Source of the DNA: a virus
IMG/VR virus record: IMGVR_UViG_3300000976_000009
Coordinates: 237,151 to 301,150 of that record
Length of the DNA stretch: 64,000 bases
Direction: 5' to 3' (one strand)
Positions 29,564 to 38,964 of this stretch are shown piece by piece. The translations under genes were made by a program, and so were the position numbers. The stretch's first letter is position 1, and every line of letters starts with the position of its first letter. Below the pieces are notes generated by a model. The model was not told the DNA's origin and made no database searches. It saw nothing but the letters and a program-made list of their open reading frames with translations.

Positions 29564-30064
29564 ATGTTAGATAAGATAAAAAGATGGTTAGCGATTGAAA
29601 ACAAAAAACCATCAAATAGTGTATTATTTTGGAATGCAATGTATTATGTTACGTTAGGTATTAGTGCATTATTTAGTTTAGATTTGTTTTGGTTGTTATA
29701 TGGTATTAGCTCATTTTTAGCTATAGGTATATTATTTGATAACGATGAAAGTTTAAAAATTAACTATTGGGTTATGACCTCAATGCCAATACTATTCTTA
29801 GGTTTTGTGGGTGGAATTGCATTTATCATAATTTATCCATTTTATAAATTAGTGACTTGGATAAATAAATTACTTAATGGAAAAACTTGTTTAAGACATG
29901 ATTATAAAAGGATAACCGAAACACCACCAATGAGGGATTCAGATAATACAATTTGTTCTTTCGAAGTCACATATGAATGTCGGAAATGTAATAAAGAAAA
30001 GAAGGGTTGGTCTGATATGTATTTGGGTATGGAAATAATAATAGATGAAGATGAAAAAGATTAA
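29564..30064 (+). CDS. Membrane protein with C-terminal Cys/His motif
   Basis: Several TM segments; CLRHDY...CRKC. Confidence 0.65.
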   Translation: MLDKIKRWLAIENKKPSNSVLFWNAMYYVTLGISALFSLDLFWLLYGISSFLAIGILFDNDESLKINYWVMTSMPILFLGFVGGIAFIIIYPFYKLVTWINKLLNGKTCLRHDYKRITETPPMRDSDNTICSFEVTYECRKCNKEKKGWSDMYLGMEIIIDEDEKD

Positions 30065-30341
30065 ATATTGTATAGTATTAATTTTAGGATTAGTGTTAGT
30101 TGGATGTGGGTCTGATATGGAATACACCTACGATTTAACATACACAGATGGTACAGAAGAAACTGTAGTAACTAAAAGTAAGATGGACTTTGAGAGTGGT
30201 ACTGATTGCATTATAAGTACTGGTTGTGGTTGCGGTGGGACAGATGATAAGTATTGTGGTGTTCGAGCATTCAACCTAATTGGTGAACGTGAAGTTGGTA
30301 GTAAGACTGTTACTAAGTCCTATAAACCAGATGATTTTTAA
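30045..30341 (+). CDS. Lipoprotein
   Basis: Lipobox VLVGC. Confidence 0.65.
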   Translation: MKMKKIKYCIVLILGLVLVGCGSDMEYTYDLTYTDGTEETVVTKSKMDFESGTDCIISTGCGCGGTDDKYCGVRAFNLIGEREVGSKTVTKSYKPDDF

Positions 30342-30545
30342 TGAAAACTGAAATAACATACACGTTGCATGGTACTAGAGATGGTGAACATTGGTTTCAA
30401 TTGGGTAAGGAACTTAAATCTAAGAAATTAGTTTTAGGGGCTTTAAAAAAAACCACATACCCACCAAACTATTCAGAATTTATTGAATTGAAATGGGTGA
30501 AGAATGTTAAGACCATTATGTCAAATGATGAAGAATTTACTGAGT

Positions 30546-30902
30546 ATGAATAGACGAGATGCAAGGTTAGTGAGTGAAAATAATGACTTCACTAGGGGAG
30601 AACTACAAGATATGTTAGTCAAAGCCCTAGAGGTTATGCCTAAATCCTTTTGGAAGAAACCTTCACCCAATAAGTCATTTGATAATGGTTTCTATTTTAA
30701 TTTAGTATTATCTTGGGTTAATTATACCGAAGAAACTAAAGACGATAAAATGAGTTCAATTACTTCATTTAGAGTACTTCATAAATTTGGTGAAATGTCA
30801 CCTAGATATCCATTTGGATTGGTGAAGAAAACTAAATCTACTAGCATATTACATTCAGAAGAACCAAGTCTAATACTCAAAGATAAATACAAGAAAAAAT
30901 GA
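30546..30902 (+). CDS. Hypothetical protein
   Basis: ORF from MNRRDAR. Confidence 0.6.
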   Translation: MNRRDARLVSENNDFTRGELQDMLVKALEVMPKSFWKKPSPNKSFDNGFYFNLVLSWVNYTEETKDDKMSSITSFRVLHKFGEMSPRYPFGLVKKTKSTSILHSEEPSLILKDKYKKK

Positions 30903-31372
30903 AACTGATTGAAATCGATGGTCTATTAAAAAGACCTATAGATATACAAGATGGTTATGCTGATGATAATAATATTAAATCATTTAAAGGTCGAACAATT
31001 GAAACAGATAAACCAATTGATGTATATCGTAACCTAAACAGAAAGGGTCAAATTTATTCAATTCGTCAAAGTGGTAAGGTTGTTGCCCATACGACTGCTA
31101 TTTGTATAAGACAAGCAGAATTTATTGTTAATAGTAGTGGTAAGGCTAGAGCCATAAAAACTATGCAAAGGAATGTACATGCATTCATTCGTGGTTTTTA
31201 TGATACAGATGGTATGGGAACAACAGCTAAAAGAAATGACTTACCAGTTATATTGACATATTCACCATTTTTAACAAAAGGGTTTCATAATAAGATTAGT
31301 GGTAATGAATTAAATGGTGCATTATTCTGTATTATTAATAGTGAGGGGGTTAAAGCTAGTTATACACATTAA
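30899..31372 (+). CDS. Phage hypothetical protein
   Basis: VYRNL..YSIR..GKVVAH...RNVHAFIRG pattern recalled from phage hypothetical proteins. Confidence 0.7.
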   Translation: MKLIEIDGLLKRPIDIQDGYADDNNIKSFKGRTIETDKPIDVYRNLNRKGQIYSIRQSGKVVAHTTAICIRQAEFIVNSSGKARAIKTMQRNVHAFIRGFYDTDGMGTTAKRNDLPVILTYSPFLTKGFHNKISGNELNGALFCIINSEGVKASYTH

Positions 31373-31789
31373 AAATAAGTAATATGTTTGAAGAAAAACA
31401 AGAAATTTGTAGAGCCTGTGGAGACAAATGGTATTCAAAATGGTACAAGGATGGTTTTTGCAATAAATGTCAAGAAGATGGTACTTATGACGAATATTTA
31501 TACCAATTAAGTATTAGTAAATTAGTCAATAAAATTTTCACATATTTAGTGATTGGTTTATTAGCTACTGGCTTAATATTATTTTTCACATAATGGCAGA
31601 ACTAATTGTTGGTTTAATAGAATTATTTTTAGAGTTTGGTTTAATGTCCAAATCTGTTGGTGGGTGCTTATTTTGGTTATCTGGAATAATTGGTGTTATC
31701 GTAATCACTTATTTTTTATGGTGCTAAAATTTGGTGGATTCAAATATTATCCTTATATTTGTATCAGTCATTAATTAAAACCAAACATT

Positions 31790-32689
31790 ATGTCACAAGA
31801 AATTAAATTAACAGAAGACGAAAAAGCACAAATTTTAGCAATTAGAAAAGAGAAAAAAGCTAAAGGTCAACTAAGACAAGAAGCTTATGATAAAAATATT
31901 ATTTCTCAAACTGAATATAAACAAAAATGTATTGAGAAAAAAGTTAAGGAAAACCAAGCATTAGTTAATGCTTATGAAAAATATTATTCCCAATTACTTC
32001 TTGTTAACCCAAATTACAAATTAGTAACCGAAGATATTGAATTTTCTGAAATTGTTAAAGTACAAAAATTAGAGTATATTGATGATGAAGGTAATAATAT
32101 TTGGAAAGATTCTGACGGTGATTTTTTGAATGATTCAAAGACAAAAGAGGTAATTACAACATTAACCGCAAAAGGTGTTACTTCAATTATTAAATATGTT
32201 GGTTCAGATGTGCCAAAAGGATGTAATTACCGAGTACAAATAGATGTTACTGATAATGGTGGTAGACATAGAACTAATTTAGTCTACAAAATGCAGTATA
32301 AAGGGACTAATGTTGATTATACTGATGGTAACAGAAAATATACTGTTGCTAAAACGGTTAATGAAAGAATTATTCAACACGTTGAATGGAAAAAAGCTGA
32401 AATTGAAAGAGAAATTCAACAAAATAGTTTAAAAACTAGGGCATTAGCTAAAGCCAAAAGCCAATATATTAATTCTAATGTTATACTTAGTGAATATTAT
32501 ATAAGAAATAGTAATAGTACTTATGATATGCTTATTGTTACTTTAAGTAATGGAATTGAAGTTGAACTTACTTTTAGTGAAAGAGACAATGTTATTAAAT
32601 TTTCAATAAGAGACATTAGAAATAAGCATTCTATTAGTGCGGATGGTCTGATTGGAGCCTTGGCTAAGATTTCACCTAAAGAAGCATAA
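31790..32689 (+). CDS. Hypothetical early protein
   Basis: Follows promoter 31730-31761 and the class-1 leader. Confidence 0.75.
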   Translation: MSQEIKLTEDEKAQILAIRKEKKAKGQLRQEAYDKNIISQTEYKQKCIEKKVKENQALVNAYEKYYSQLLLVNPNYKLVTEDIEFSEIVKVQKLEYIDDEGNNIWKDSDGDFLNDSKTKEVITTLTAKGVTSIIKYVGSDVPKGCNYRVQIDVTDNGGRHRTNLVYKMQYKGTNVDYTDGNRKYTVAKTVNERIIQHVEWKKAEIEREIQQNSLKTRALAKAKSQYINSNVILSEYYIRNSNSTYDMLIVTLSNGIEVELTFSERDNVIKFSIRDIRNKHSISADGLIGALAKISPKEA

Positions 32690-32893
32690 AATGTACGTAG
32701 AATTAGATACAGAAGACCTATTAAAGTTAGTTGAAGCAACACCTCCAAGTTATACACAACAACAAACTGAACGTATGTTAGAATTAGGTCGATATTCAAA
32801 TACATTTGATAGGTGGATTTGGAACGAGAAAATTAAAGCAATGCCAGATAATAGTTTATATGCGTTGTATAATGAATGTAAAAACGGTAAAGT

Positions 32894-33160
32894 ATGAAAA
32901 AATTATTAGTATTGACATTAGTACTAGGTATCTTATTTAGTTGTTCATCTACTGATGATGGGGATAAGGTTAAAAACATTAATTACGAAACTATTAATGT
33001 TGAAGATTATAGTGACAAGATTAGGATTTATAAGTACACAGTAAATAATATGGAGTATCGAGTATTTGTCAATATTGATGGTGGTGGTACAGTGGTTGTT
33101 AACACAACCTTAGAGCAACTAAAAGTTGATGAATTAAAATATGATAAAATGCATAGGTAA
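32894..33160 (+). CDS. Lipoprotein
   Basis: Lipobox ILFSC. Confidence 0.7.
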   Translation: MKKLLVLTLVLGILFSCSSTDDGDKVKNINYETINVEDYSDKIRIYKYTVNNMEYRVFVNIDGGGTVVVNTTLEQLKVDELKYDKMHR

Positions 33161-33218
33161 TATTAGGATAATATATTATTTTATATTATATTTGTATTGT
33201 CATTAAAAACCAAACATT

Positions 33219-33902
33219 ATGTATAACGGAAGAACAATAAGAGAAGCAATGAAGGAAGCACATGAGAACGTAGATAACTACGGTGGTACGTGGTTCGTTT
33301 GTAGTGATGAGTTCAAGTCTGTTGTGAAAGAATCTTATTTTATAACTGATGAGGGTGACCGTAAAGTTAAACCATTCGTGTGTCTATATAACACTAATGA
33401 TATGAAGTATGGTTTCCATAAAGTCCAATGGGTTAATGGCGAGATTGTCATTGATACTGATGATAGATTAGAGGAAAGATTCTTCCAACCATATGACACA
33501 AAATTTGTTGAAGAAACAGTTGTACATAAGAAACGTAGTATTGGGGTATCTACTACCTCTCCAATAACGATTGGTGACCCACACGTTGGGACTTCTATTG
33601 CCTTAGCTAAAAGTCTAGAAATTGCAAGAATGCATGATAGGTTAAAAGATACCATGTCTCTACCAACTGGTAATTTGATTGAAAAATCTAAAGAGCGTGG
33701 TATTGATATTAAAAATACCTCAAAACCATTTATTATTAATAACCCATATGAGGGTATGAAAAATTGGTTTGATGAACCATACGTTGAACCTAAAGTGTTT
33801 GATATGGCAACTGGTAAAATGAAACCATTACCAGTTAGTGGTTCAATTAGTGAAGAGAAGCGAAAAGCTTTAAGGAAAAAAAGAAAGAAAAGACGTAAAT
33901 GA
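33219..33902 (+). CDS. Hypothetical protein with basic C-terminal tail
   Basis: Follows promoter and leader; ends RKKRKKRRK. Confidence 0.7.
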   Translation: MYNGRTIREAMKEAHENVDNYGGTWFVCSDEFKSVVKESYFITDEGDRKVKPFVCLYNTNDMKYGFHKVQWVNGEIVIDTDDRLEERFFQPYDTKFVEETVVHKKRSIGVSTTSPITIGDPHVGTSIALAKSLEIARMHDRLKDTMSLPTGNLIEKSKERGIDIKNTSKPFIINNPYEGMKNWFDEPYVEPKVFDMATGKMKPLPVSGSISEEKRKALRKKRKKRRK

Positions 33903-33957
33903 TTTGGTTTATTAAATTATTATTCTTATATTTGAATTGTTATTAAAAACCAACATT

Positions 33958-34626
33958 ATGCGAACAGAATTAGAAAAAAAATTAGCAATTCTTACATTTA
34001 AAAAAGAGAGAGAAATTGTTCAAGAAATTACTTTATTTGGTGATAATAACCACACAATAATTGATTATTCAATTGATGTAATTGAAGGTAAATATGATGA
34101 AGATGAAATCTATAACTTAGAAGAAGAAGAAGTTATTACTGAGGGGGAGCGTTCAAGTATTATTGAAGTTTGCTATTGGGTGACAGGTAATGGTGAGGAA
34201 TTAGTCGATTTGCTTTGGAATGAGGAAAGCCTAGTTACTGAGTTACCAAATGAAAGTAAAGTTGTTAGTCAGAAGCATTGTGCTAAGACTTGCAAAGAAT
34301 GTCCGTTTTCAAATACTTCACTACCAGGTTGGTTGTCAGATTATACTGGGCAAGATATACTTAATTTCAAAAATGCTGAGGCAAGTTTCCCTTGTCATAT
34401 GCAAATGACTGATGGTGATTTGTCAGTAGAGCAAACTCAACAAGCAATTGATAAAGGTGAAATGAAACTTTGTCGAGGATATGTTGAATTTGTCATTAAG
34501 TCATGCAAGCAAGTTACTAAAAACGAGCAACTAGCAAAAGCAATTGAAGAAGTTAAAGCGGATGGATTGTCTGACCACACAATGAGTATGTTTGAATTTT
34601 TTAAGCACCATAAATTAGAAGTTTAA
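33958..34626 (+). CDS. Hypothetical protein with Cys-rich C-terminal domain
   Basis: CKECPF...FPCH...LCRG. Confidence 0.7.
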   Translation: MRTELEKKLAILTFKKEREIVQEITLFGDNNHTIIDYSIDVIEGKYDEDEIYNLEEEEVITEGERSSIIEVCYWVTGNGEELVDLLWNEESLVTELPNESKVVSQKHCAKTCKECPFSNTSLPGWLSDYTGQDILNFKNAEASFPCHMQMTDGDLSVEQTQQAIDKGEMKLCRGYVEFVIKSCKQVTKNEQLAKAIEEVKADGLSDHTMSMFEFFKHHKLEV

Positions 34627-34651
34627 AGTATAATATTATACTTTTTTATAT

Positions 34652-34921
34652 ATGGAATTTAAAGCTAAATACTGTGAGCATACTGGTAAATTCTGCTATT
34701 CTAGTGAAGCAAAAGCTATTAGGGCTAAGATTCGATACACAGATATTAAGCGAACCTATTATTGTACCCGTTGTGATTCTTGGCATATAACTAGTCAGTC
34801 ATATGAGGCATATACTGGTAAAAAAAAGAAGAAAGATAAAGCTCCCTCAATTAGTGATATTAAAAAGAAGATTGCTAGTTTGGATAAGAGGATTAAAAAG
34901 AAGGGTGCTAAAAATAAATGA
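34652..34921 (+). CDS. Zinc-finger protein
   Basis: C..TGK.CY...YYCTRCDSWHITS. Confidence 0.7.
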   Translation: MEFKAKYCEHTGKFCYSSEAKAIRAKIRYTDIKRTYYCTRCDSWHITSQSYEAYTGKKKKKDKAPSISDIKKKIASLDKRIKKKGAKNK

Positions 34922-34993
34922 TAAAAGTATTGTACATCCCAAAATTTATTACTATCTTTGCATTAAATAACAAGATAGTTAATATCAAATTAG

Positions 34994-35359
34994 ATGGGCG
35001 AACCAATATATGTCTTCGATGAAGAAGGTGCAAGATTTTTAGTAACCAACGTTAATGCAATGTTGGAAGAAATGCCAGATGAAGGATTAGAAGTGATTTA
35101 TAAATCAACAAGGTATTTTCACGAATTTAATAAAACTGTTCTACAATTAATGGACAGAGGAATAATCCAACAAACTGAGGGTAACCCTTATGATGTTGAA
35201 GGTGTTGAAAGAGGACTAACAGCTTTTGCCGACAAAATAACTGAAAAATTAGGTGGTGATAAGTTAATTCAATATAATGAGGAAACTGATGCACAATGGG
35301 AAGCAAATAAACCTAAAGGTTTTGAACTACCACCAGAAGAATCTGGAGAAGAGGAATAA
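34994..35359 (+). CDS. Hypothetical acidic protein
   Basis: Own promoter and terminator. Confidence 0.7.
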   Translation: MGEPIYVFDEEGARFLVTNVNAMLEEMPDEGLEVIYKSTRYFHEFNKTVLQLMDRGIIQQTEGNPYDVEGVERGLTAFADKITEKLGGDKLIQYNEETDAQWEANKPKGFELPPEESGEEE

Positions 35360-35395
35360 AAAAAAACGACATAAATTTGTTTATGTCGTTTTTTT
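35359..35395. terminator. Bidirectional intrinsic terminator
   Basis: AAAAAAACGACATAAA/TTTATGTCGTTTTTTT. Confidence 0.8.
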
Positions 35396-35411
35396 GTTTT
35401 ACATTTGTTGT

Positions 35412-35759
35412 ATGGAGTTCACAGTAAAAATCACCAAGAAAGATGTTATTATTGGAGTACTAACTAGTTTACTACTAATAGTCACATTCTGCAAAGTGAG
35501 ATGGGGTGATGAACCTAACACAACGTCAAACATTCTCCAATACGGAATGATTGATGATGATATAAATTATACTATTATATACGACCAAGTTAACAATGTT
35601 AGTAAGGTATCAGCTGAGCTATTCGGTAATAGCGATACCATTAACGTTGATGGTGTTTATTTTGTTAAAATTAAACCCGTGTCTGATGCTAAGACACGAG
35701 CAATAATATTAAGGGAAAGAAATGAAGATAGAGATTCAATTAAAGTTATACGTGGTTAG
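35412..35759 (+). CDS. Membrane-anchored hypothetical protein
   Basis: Start MEFTVK right after a TAnnTTTG element. Confidence 0.6.
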   Translation: MEFTVKITKKDVIIGVLTSLLLIVTFCKVRWGDEPNTTSNILQYGMIDDDINYTIIYDQVNNVSKVSAELFGNSDTINVDGVYFVKIKPVSDAKTRAIILRERNEDRDSIKVIRG

Positions 35760-36153
35760 AAATGCCAAAGGGCAATTTTTTAGAAGCAAAGGATATGGTG
35801 GATACGGTAAGACGTGGGTAGATGATATTCAGAAGGCTAAGGTATACACTAAGATTGGGCAAGCACGAAGTCGTGTGACTTGGTTTGCTAACACATACCC
35901 AGAATATGGTATTGCTGATGTAGTCGAGTTGGATGTTACTTCTGGTACTGTATTGAATGAAGGTGATAGAGTACGCAAGGCTCAAATTAAGAAGAAACGT
36001 GCTGAGTTGGAGTACCAGATTCGTTCTGCTCAACGTAGAGTTGAGGAAGCTAGAAACGTCCTTAATGACACTGAGAATCAGAAGGCTAAGTTCGAAAAAG
36101 AGCAAAAGAATTTGGATGATTTACGAGAAGTCTTAAAAAAAATTGAAGATTAA
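35722..36153 (+). CDS. Hypothetical protein with C-terminal coiled coil
   Basis: ORF; heptad-like C-terminus. Confidence 0.7.
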   Translation: MKIEIQLKLYVVRNAKGQFFRSKGYGGYGKTWVDDIQKAKVYTKIGQARSRVTWFANTYPEYGIADVVELDVTSGTVLNEGDRVRKAQIKKKRAELEYQIRSAQRRVEEARNVLNDTENQKAKFEKEQKNLDDLREVLKKIED

Positions 36154-36187
36154 TTTGGTAGATTCAAATTAATTACTTATATTTGTA

Positions 36188-36336
36188 ATGTAGATATGAT
36201 AAGCTAGATAAAAAGGTACTGACCGCTACAGGAAGAACTACCAACTAGATGTCGGGGTATTGACCCTCACTGCCACCTAAAGTCAATCGAAACTGGAACG
36301 TATGTCAGTGGAGCTAAAGGGGTGGAATCTATACAT
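36188..36336 (+). ncRNA. Putative structured RNA directly after a promoter
   Basis: Closing stem ATGTAGAT/ATCTA(TA)CAT; ATTGAC/GTCAAT, CACTG/CAGTG and CCACC/GGTGG pairings; promoter at 36154-36185. Confidence 0.55.
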
Positions 36337-36355
36337 CATTAAAAACCAACAAGAA

Positions 36356-36892
36356 ATGAGTGATACAAAAAAAGTAGTAGAAAAAAAAACAACACCAACT
36401 GAGGTAGTATTTAACCTTATTAGTACTTTGATATTGATTGGGTCTGATATTGACCTAAAAGCAATGTTTACTGAACAAGGTAAATATAGTGATGACTTCA
36501 AGATGCACGTAACTATGGCAAGAGGTGGTTTATTTAAAAAGTCTGCTGAGAAATTTGTCAAAGGTATTTTCACAAATGTAATTCTAAAACGAAAAGAGTA
36601 TTTGGATGCATACATTACCATTGAGGCTAAAGAGTTAGCTAAAACTGAAAAGAAGTTACCAAAATGGTATGGTAAGAAGCAATTACTTGCTGATATTGAA
36701 AGCCAAGAAGGTGAAATGAGTGAACAACAAAGAATGATGTTGAAAGTCAATGATTTGAAAAACATTTTCTCTAAGTTAAACCGTAAAGGTATTAATAATT
36801 GTCTTGGAGATGGAAAAATGACTGACAAAGAATGTCGTGATGTCATTGCTTCAATTACCCAAATGGAGAATAAACTTAAAGACATACTATAA
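36356..36892 (+). CDS. Hypothetical protein
   Basis: Start MSDTKK after CATTAAAAACC leader. Confidence 0.7.
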   Translation: MSDTKKVVEKKTTPTEVVFNLISTLILIGSDIDLKAMFTEQGKYSDDFKMHVTMARGGLFKKSAEKFVKGIFTNVILKRKEYLDAYITIEAKELAKTEKKLPKWYGKKQLLADIESQEGEMSEQQRMMLKVNDLKNIFSKLNRKGINNCLGDGKMTDKECRDVIASITQMENKLKDIL

Positions 36893-36899
36893 GATATAT

Positions 36900-37079
36900 T
36901 GGGGTGTGGTGAAAAGGTAGACACGCCAGTCTGATGTACTGGTGCAGCGAGAAGCGGGTATAATACTGCGGACAGGTGAATACCATAATGCCTACTAATA
37001 GTTAGACTATAAACTGAGTCCGAATGGATAGGTGTAGGGGAGAAAGTTTGGCATGGAGGTTCGATTCCTTCCACCCCAA
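36900..37079 (+). tRNA. tRNA-like RNA, anticodon GAT, with a 112-nt variable region
   Basis: Acceptor TGGGGTG/CACCCCA; class-II-type D-arm GTG..GGTAGA-CAC; anticodon arm CCAGT-CTGATGT-ACTGG; T-arm GGAGG-TTCGATT-CCTTC. Confidence 0.8.
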
Positions 37080-37081
37080 CA

Positions 37082-37308
37082 AAATTAATTTGAGAAAAGC
37101 GAAAGCTAAACTAAAAGTACTAGGAAATTACCACCTAGGAATCGCTGAGTAAGGAGTAGGCAGATGGTCTCTGTTATACAACGTTGAAATTCGAATAACC
37201 TAAAAGCGAGGGTGTAGTTGAGATGAATAGGGGGCTTCATTGCTTGTGACTGAGGAAAAGGTCATTACTGATAGCAACTTGTATCTGCACATTTCTTCAA
37301 ATTAATTT
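37082..37308 (+). ncRNA. Putative ~225-nt structured ncRNA
   Basis: 12-bp closing stem AAATTAATTTGA/TCAAATTAATTT; GCAGAT..ATACAA.GTTG pairs with CAACTTGTATCTGC; ORF-free and GC-elevated. Confidence 0.6.
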
Positions 37309-37357
37309 GTTTTTACGAATTATTATTCTTATATTTGTATTAACATTAAAACCAACA

Positions 37358-37789
37358 ATGATAAAAACAAATAATACAGTAATTTCAGACAAACACTTTG
37401 ACACAATATCTAACCTATTGGATGGAACTGATTTCAATGGTGTAGATTATGATAAAAGTAAGTCACTATTCGAATATGGATTTGTATATGATGGTAGAAG
37501 TAATTCTTTAATTTCAACTCATACATTAGATATTTGGAATGATAAAGAAGCCCCAATACGGTTTGGGGTGGTTGAATTAACCTTAGATAGAATTGATGAT
37601 GTATTCAATGAAAATTCAGAACAAATATTATCTGAGACAAACACAACCTTAATAGAATGGGATGAATTATGTGATTCATATAAGATTAACCTAATTGAAA
37701 ATACATGTGGTGGTCTAAACCTTAGCGGTATGAAGATGGATGTAACTAGTGAGAAATTGATTCAATATTTAAAAACTAAAATAGATTAA
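37358..37789 (+). CDS. Hypothetical protein
   Basis: Follows promoter and CATTAAAACC leader. Confidence 0.65.
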   Translation: MIKTNNTVISDKHFDTISNLLDGTDFNGVDYDKSKSLFEYGFVYDGRSNSLISTHTLDIWNDKEAPIRFGVVELTLDRIDDVFNENSEQILSETNTTLIEWDELCDSYKINLIENTCGGLNLSGMKMDVTSEKLIQYLKTKID

Positions 37790-37790
37790 A

Positions 37791-38069
37791 ATGGATATTG
37801 GTAAAACATTTGAAGATGCACAAGCACTAAGCAAAGAGCATGAAAATTTTGAAGCACCAACATTGGAAGATTTAGCTGATGTTAAGGTTGGTGATACTGT
37901 GAAGGTATGTATGTCACCAGAAAGATTCTGGGCTGAGATTACTAAGGTGGATGGTGAAAAGCTTGAGGCTAGAGTAGATAATAACTTATTTCATGGTGAT
38001 GAGTTTGGATTCGATTTCAACGACACTATTAAATTTGAAAAAAGAAACATTTATTCCGTTTTTGGATAA
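37791..38069 (+). CDS. Hypothetical protein (DUF2314-like)
   Basis: VGDTVKV..ERFW.EIT...G...RVDN. Confidence 0.55.
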   Translation: MDIGKTFEDAQALSKEHENFEAPTLEDLADVKVGDTVKVCMSPERFWAEITKVDGEKLEARVDNNLFHGDEFGFDFNDTIKFEKRNIYSVFG

Positions 38070-38086
38070 AAATAATTATGAATATA

Positions 38087-38118
38087 TTTGGTAGTGTCAA
38101 AACTATTACTTATATTTG
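38087..38118 (+). promoter_or_regulatory. Promoter driving the ORF-free RNA cluster
   Basis: TTTG-N20-TATATTTG. Confidence 0.85.
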
Positions 38119-38122
38119 TAAT

Positions 38123-38257
38123 GTCAACAAAGGATAACGTACTCAACGGTAAGTAGTGTCTGAGAGCCAGAGTGAAACTGGTAAGGAGGTTCGTAAGCGA
38201 TTTAGTTCGAATTGAGAATGCAAAGTGCCTATCCCTCCTAATTATTCCAATGTTGAT
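38123..38257 (+). ncRNA. Putative structured ncRNA
   Basis: GTCAACA/TGTTGAT closing stem; AGGAGG/CCTCCT; CCAG-AGTGAAA-CTGG hairpin. Confidence 0.6.
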
Positions 38258-38261
38258 AAAT

Positions 38262-38449
38262 GGTGATTGTAAAAAGGTGGGTAGTTAGTAAACTAGTTAA
38301 AAAACACAGAATTACGTAATAAGTGTTCAATATATACTAGTGTGAAGGCGAGCAAATTGGATAGCGTATCCCACGCCCAAAGCAAAAGACTAAGCTAGAA
38401 ACAGTCTATTGTCGTGGAATTGAAAAAGGTTCAACTCCTTACTTCACCA
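38262..38449 (+). ncRNA. tRNA-like-ended ncRNA (alternative 5' end at 38341)
   Basis: T-arm AAGG-TTCAACT-CCTT; 3' CTTCACC-A-CAA pairs with GGTGA (38262) or GTGAAG (38342); CCACG/CGTGG arm with an expanded loop. Confidence 0.65.
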
Positions 38450-38454
38450 CAAAA

Positions 38455-38655
38455 CGTCTGGTGTCAGATTAGATTCTATAGATGACTACATGGTTATTCA
38501 TGTCTGAGCAAGTTATCGTGGTAACACTAAGTATAGGATATTGATTTGGTGACAAATATTATATAATATATTTCTGAAAATAGATTTAGTCGCTCAGATA
38601 GATTGAAAATAAGAATGTTTTATATAAGTTGTAGGTTCGATTCCTTCCCAGATGA
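38455..38655 (+). ncRNA. tRNA-like RNA with anticodon arm replaced by a large branched domain
   Basis: Acceptor CGTCTGG/CCAGATG; D-like stem GTCA/TGAC; TGTCTGAGC/GCTCAGATA; T-arm GTAGG-TTCGATT-CCTTC; ends A-CTA. Confidence 0.72.
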
Positions 38656-38663
38656 CTAAATAT

Positions 38664-38798
38664 GTTTTAATGGTGTGAGCATTAAATAAATGGAGAGTAC
38701 TTGAAATTTATTTATGTATTAGTCTAAGAGATAATTGGCATTAATCACATACGCATAAAGCAAGCACTTTATGTAGGGTTCGAATCCCCAATAGGACA
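38664..38798 (+). ncRNA. tRNA-like-ended ncRNA
   Basis: GTTTTA/TAGGAC acceptor-like stem; T-arm GGG-TTCGAAT-CCC; internal GTGTGA/TCACAT and GCATAAAG/CTTTATGT stems; ends A-CAA. Confidence 0.62.
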
Positions 38799-38802
38799 CA
38801 AA

Positions 38803-38960
38803 TTGAACTAACTGATAAGGGAACTCAATGACCCAGATAGACTTGGATAGAGGATAACGTAAGGGAATATGTGTGGTGGTATAACGAGATAGTAGGACTG
38901 AAACCTATAATACCATCTAAGTGATGGGAACAGTAAAAAGCCCACATATATTTGTTCTTT
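38803..38960 (+). ncRNA. Putative structured ncRNA
   Basis: TATGTGTGG/CCACATATA stem; ATAG..TAGG-ACTGAAA-CCTA and CCATC/GATGG hairpins. Confidence 0.5.
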
Positions 38961-38964
38961 TAAA

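Noticed and set aside
36943-37054. Group I/II intron in the tRNA
   Set aside because: Too short, not at an anticodon-loop site, and no recognisable P7 or domain V motifs by eye
37249-37264. GAGGAAAAGGTC as RNase P CR-I, or CTGAGGA as a hammerhead core
   Set aside because: It lies near the 3' end, with no P4 partner/CR-V and no stem II-GAAA arrangement
38160-38181. CTGAGAG...GAAA as a TPP riboswitch or hammerhead
   Set aside because: The remaining conserved nucleotides and stem topology are absent
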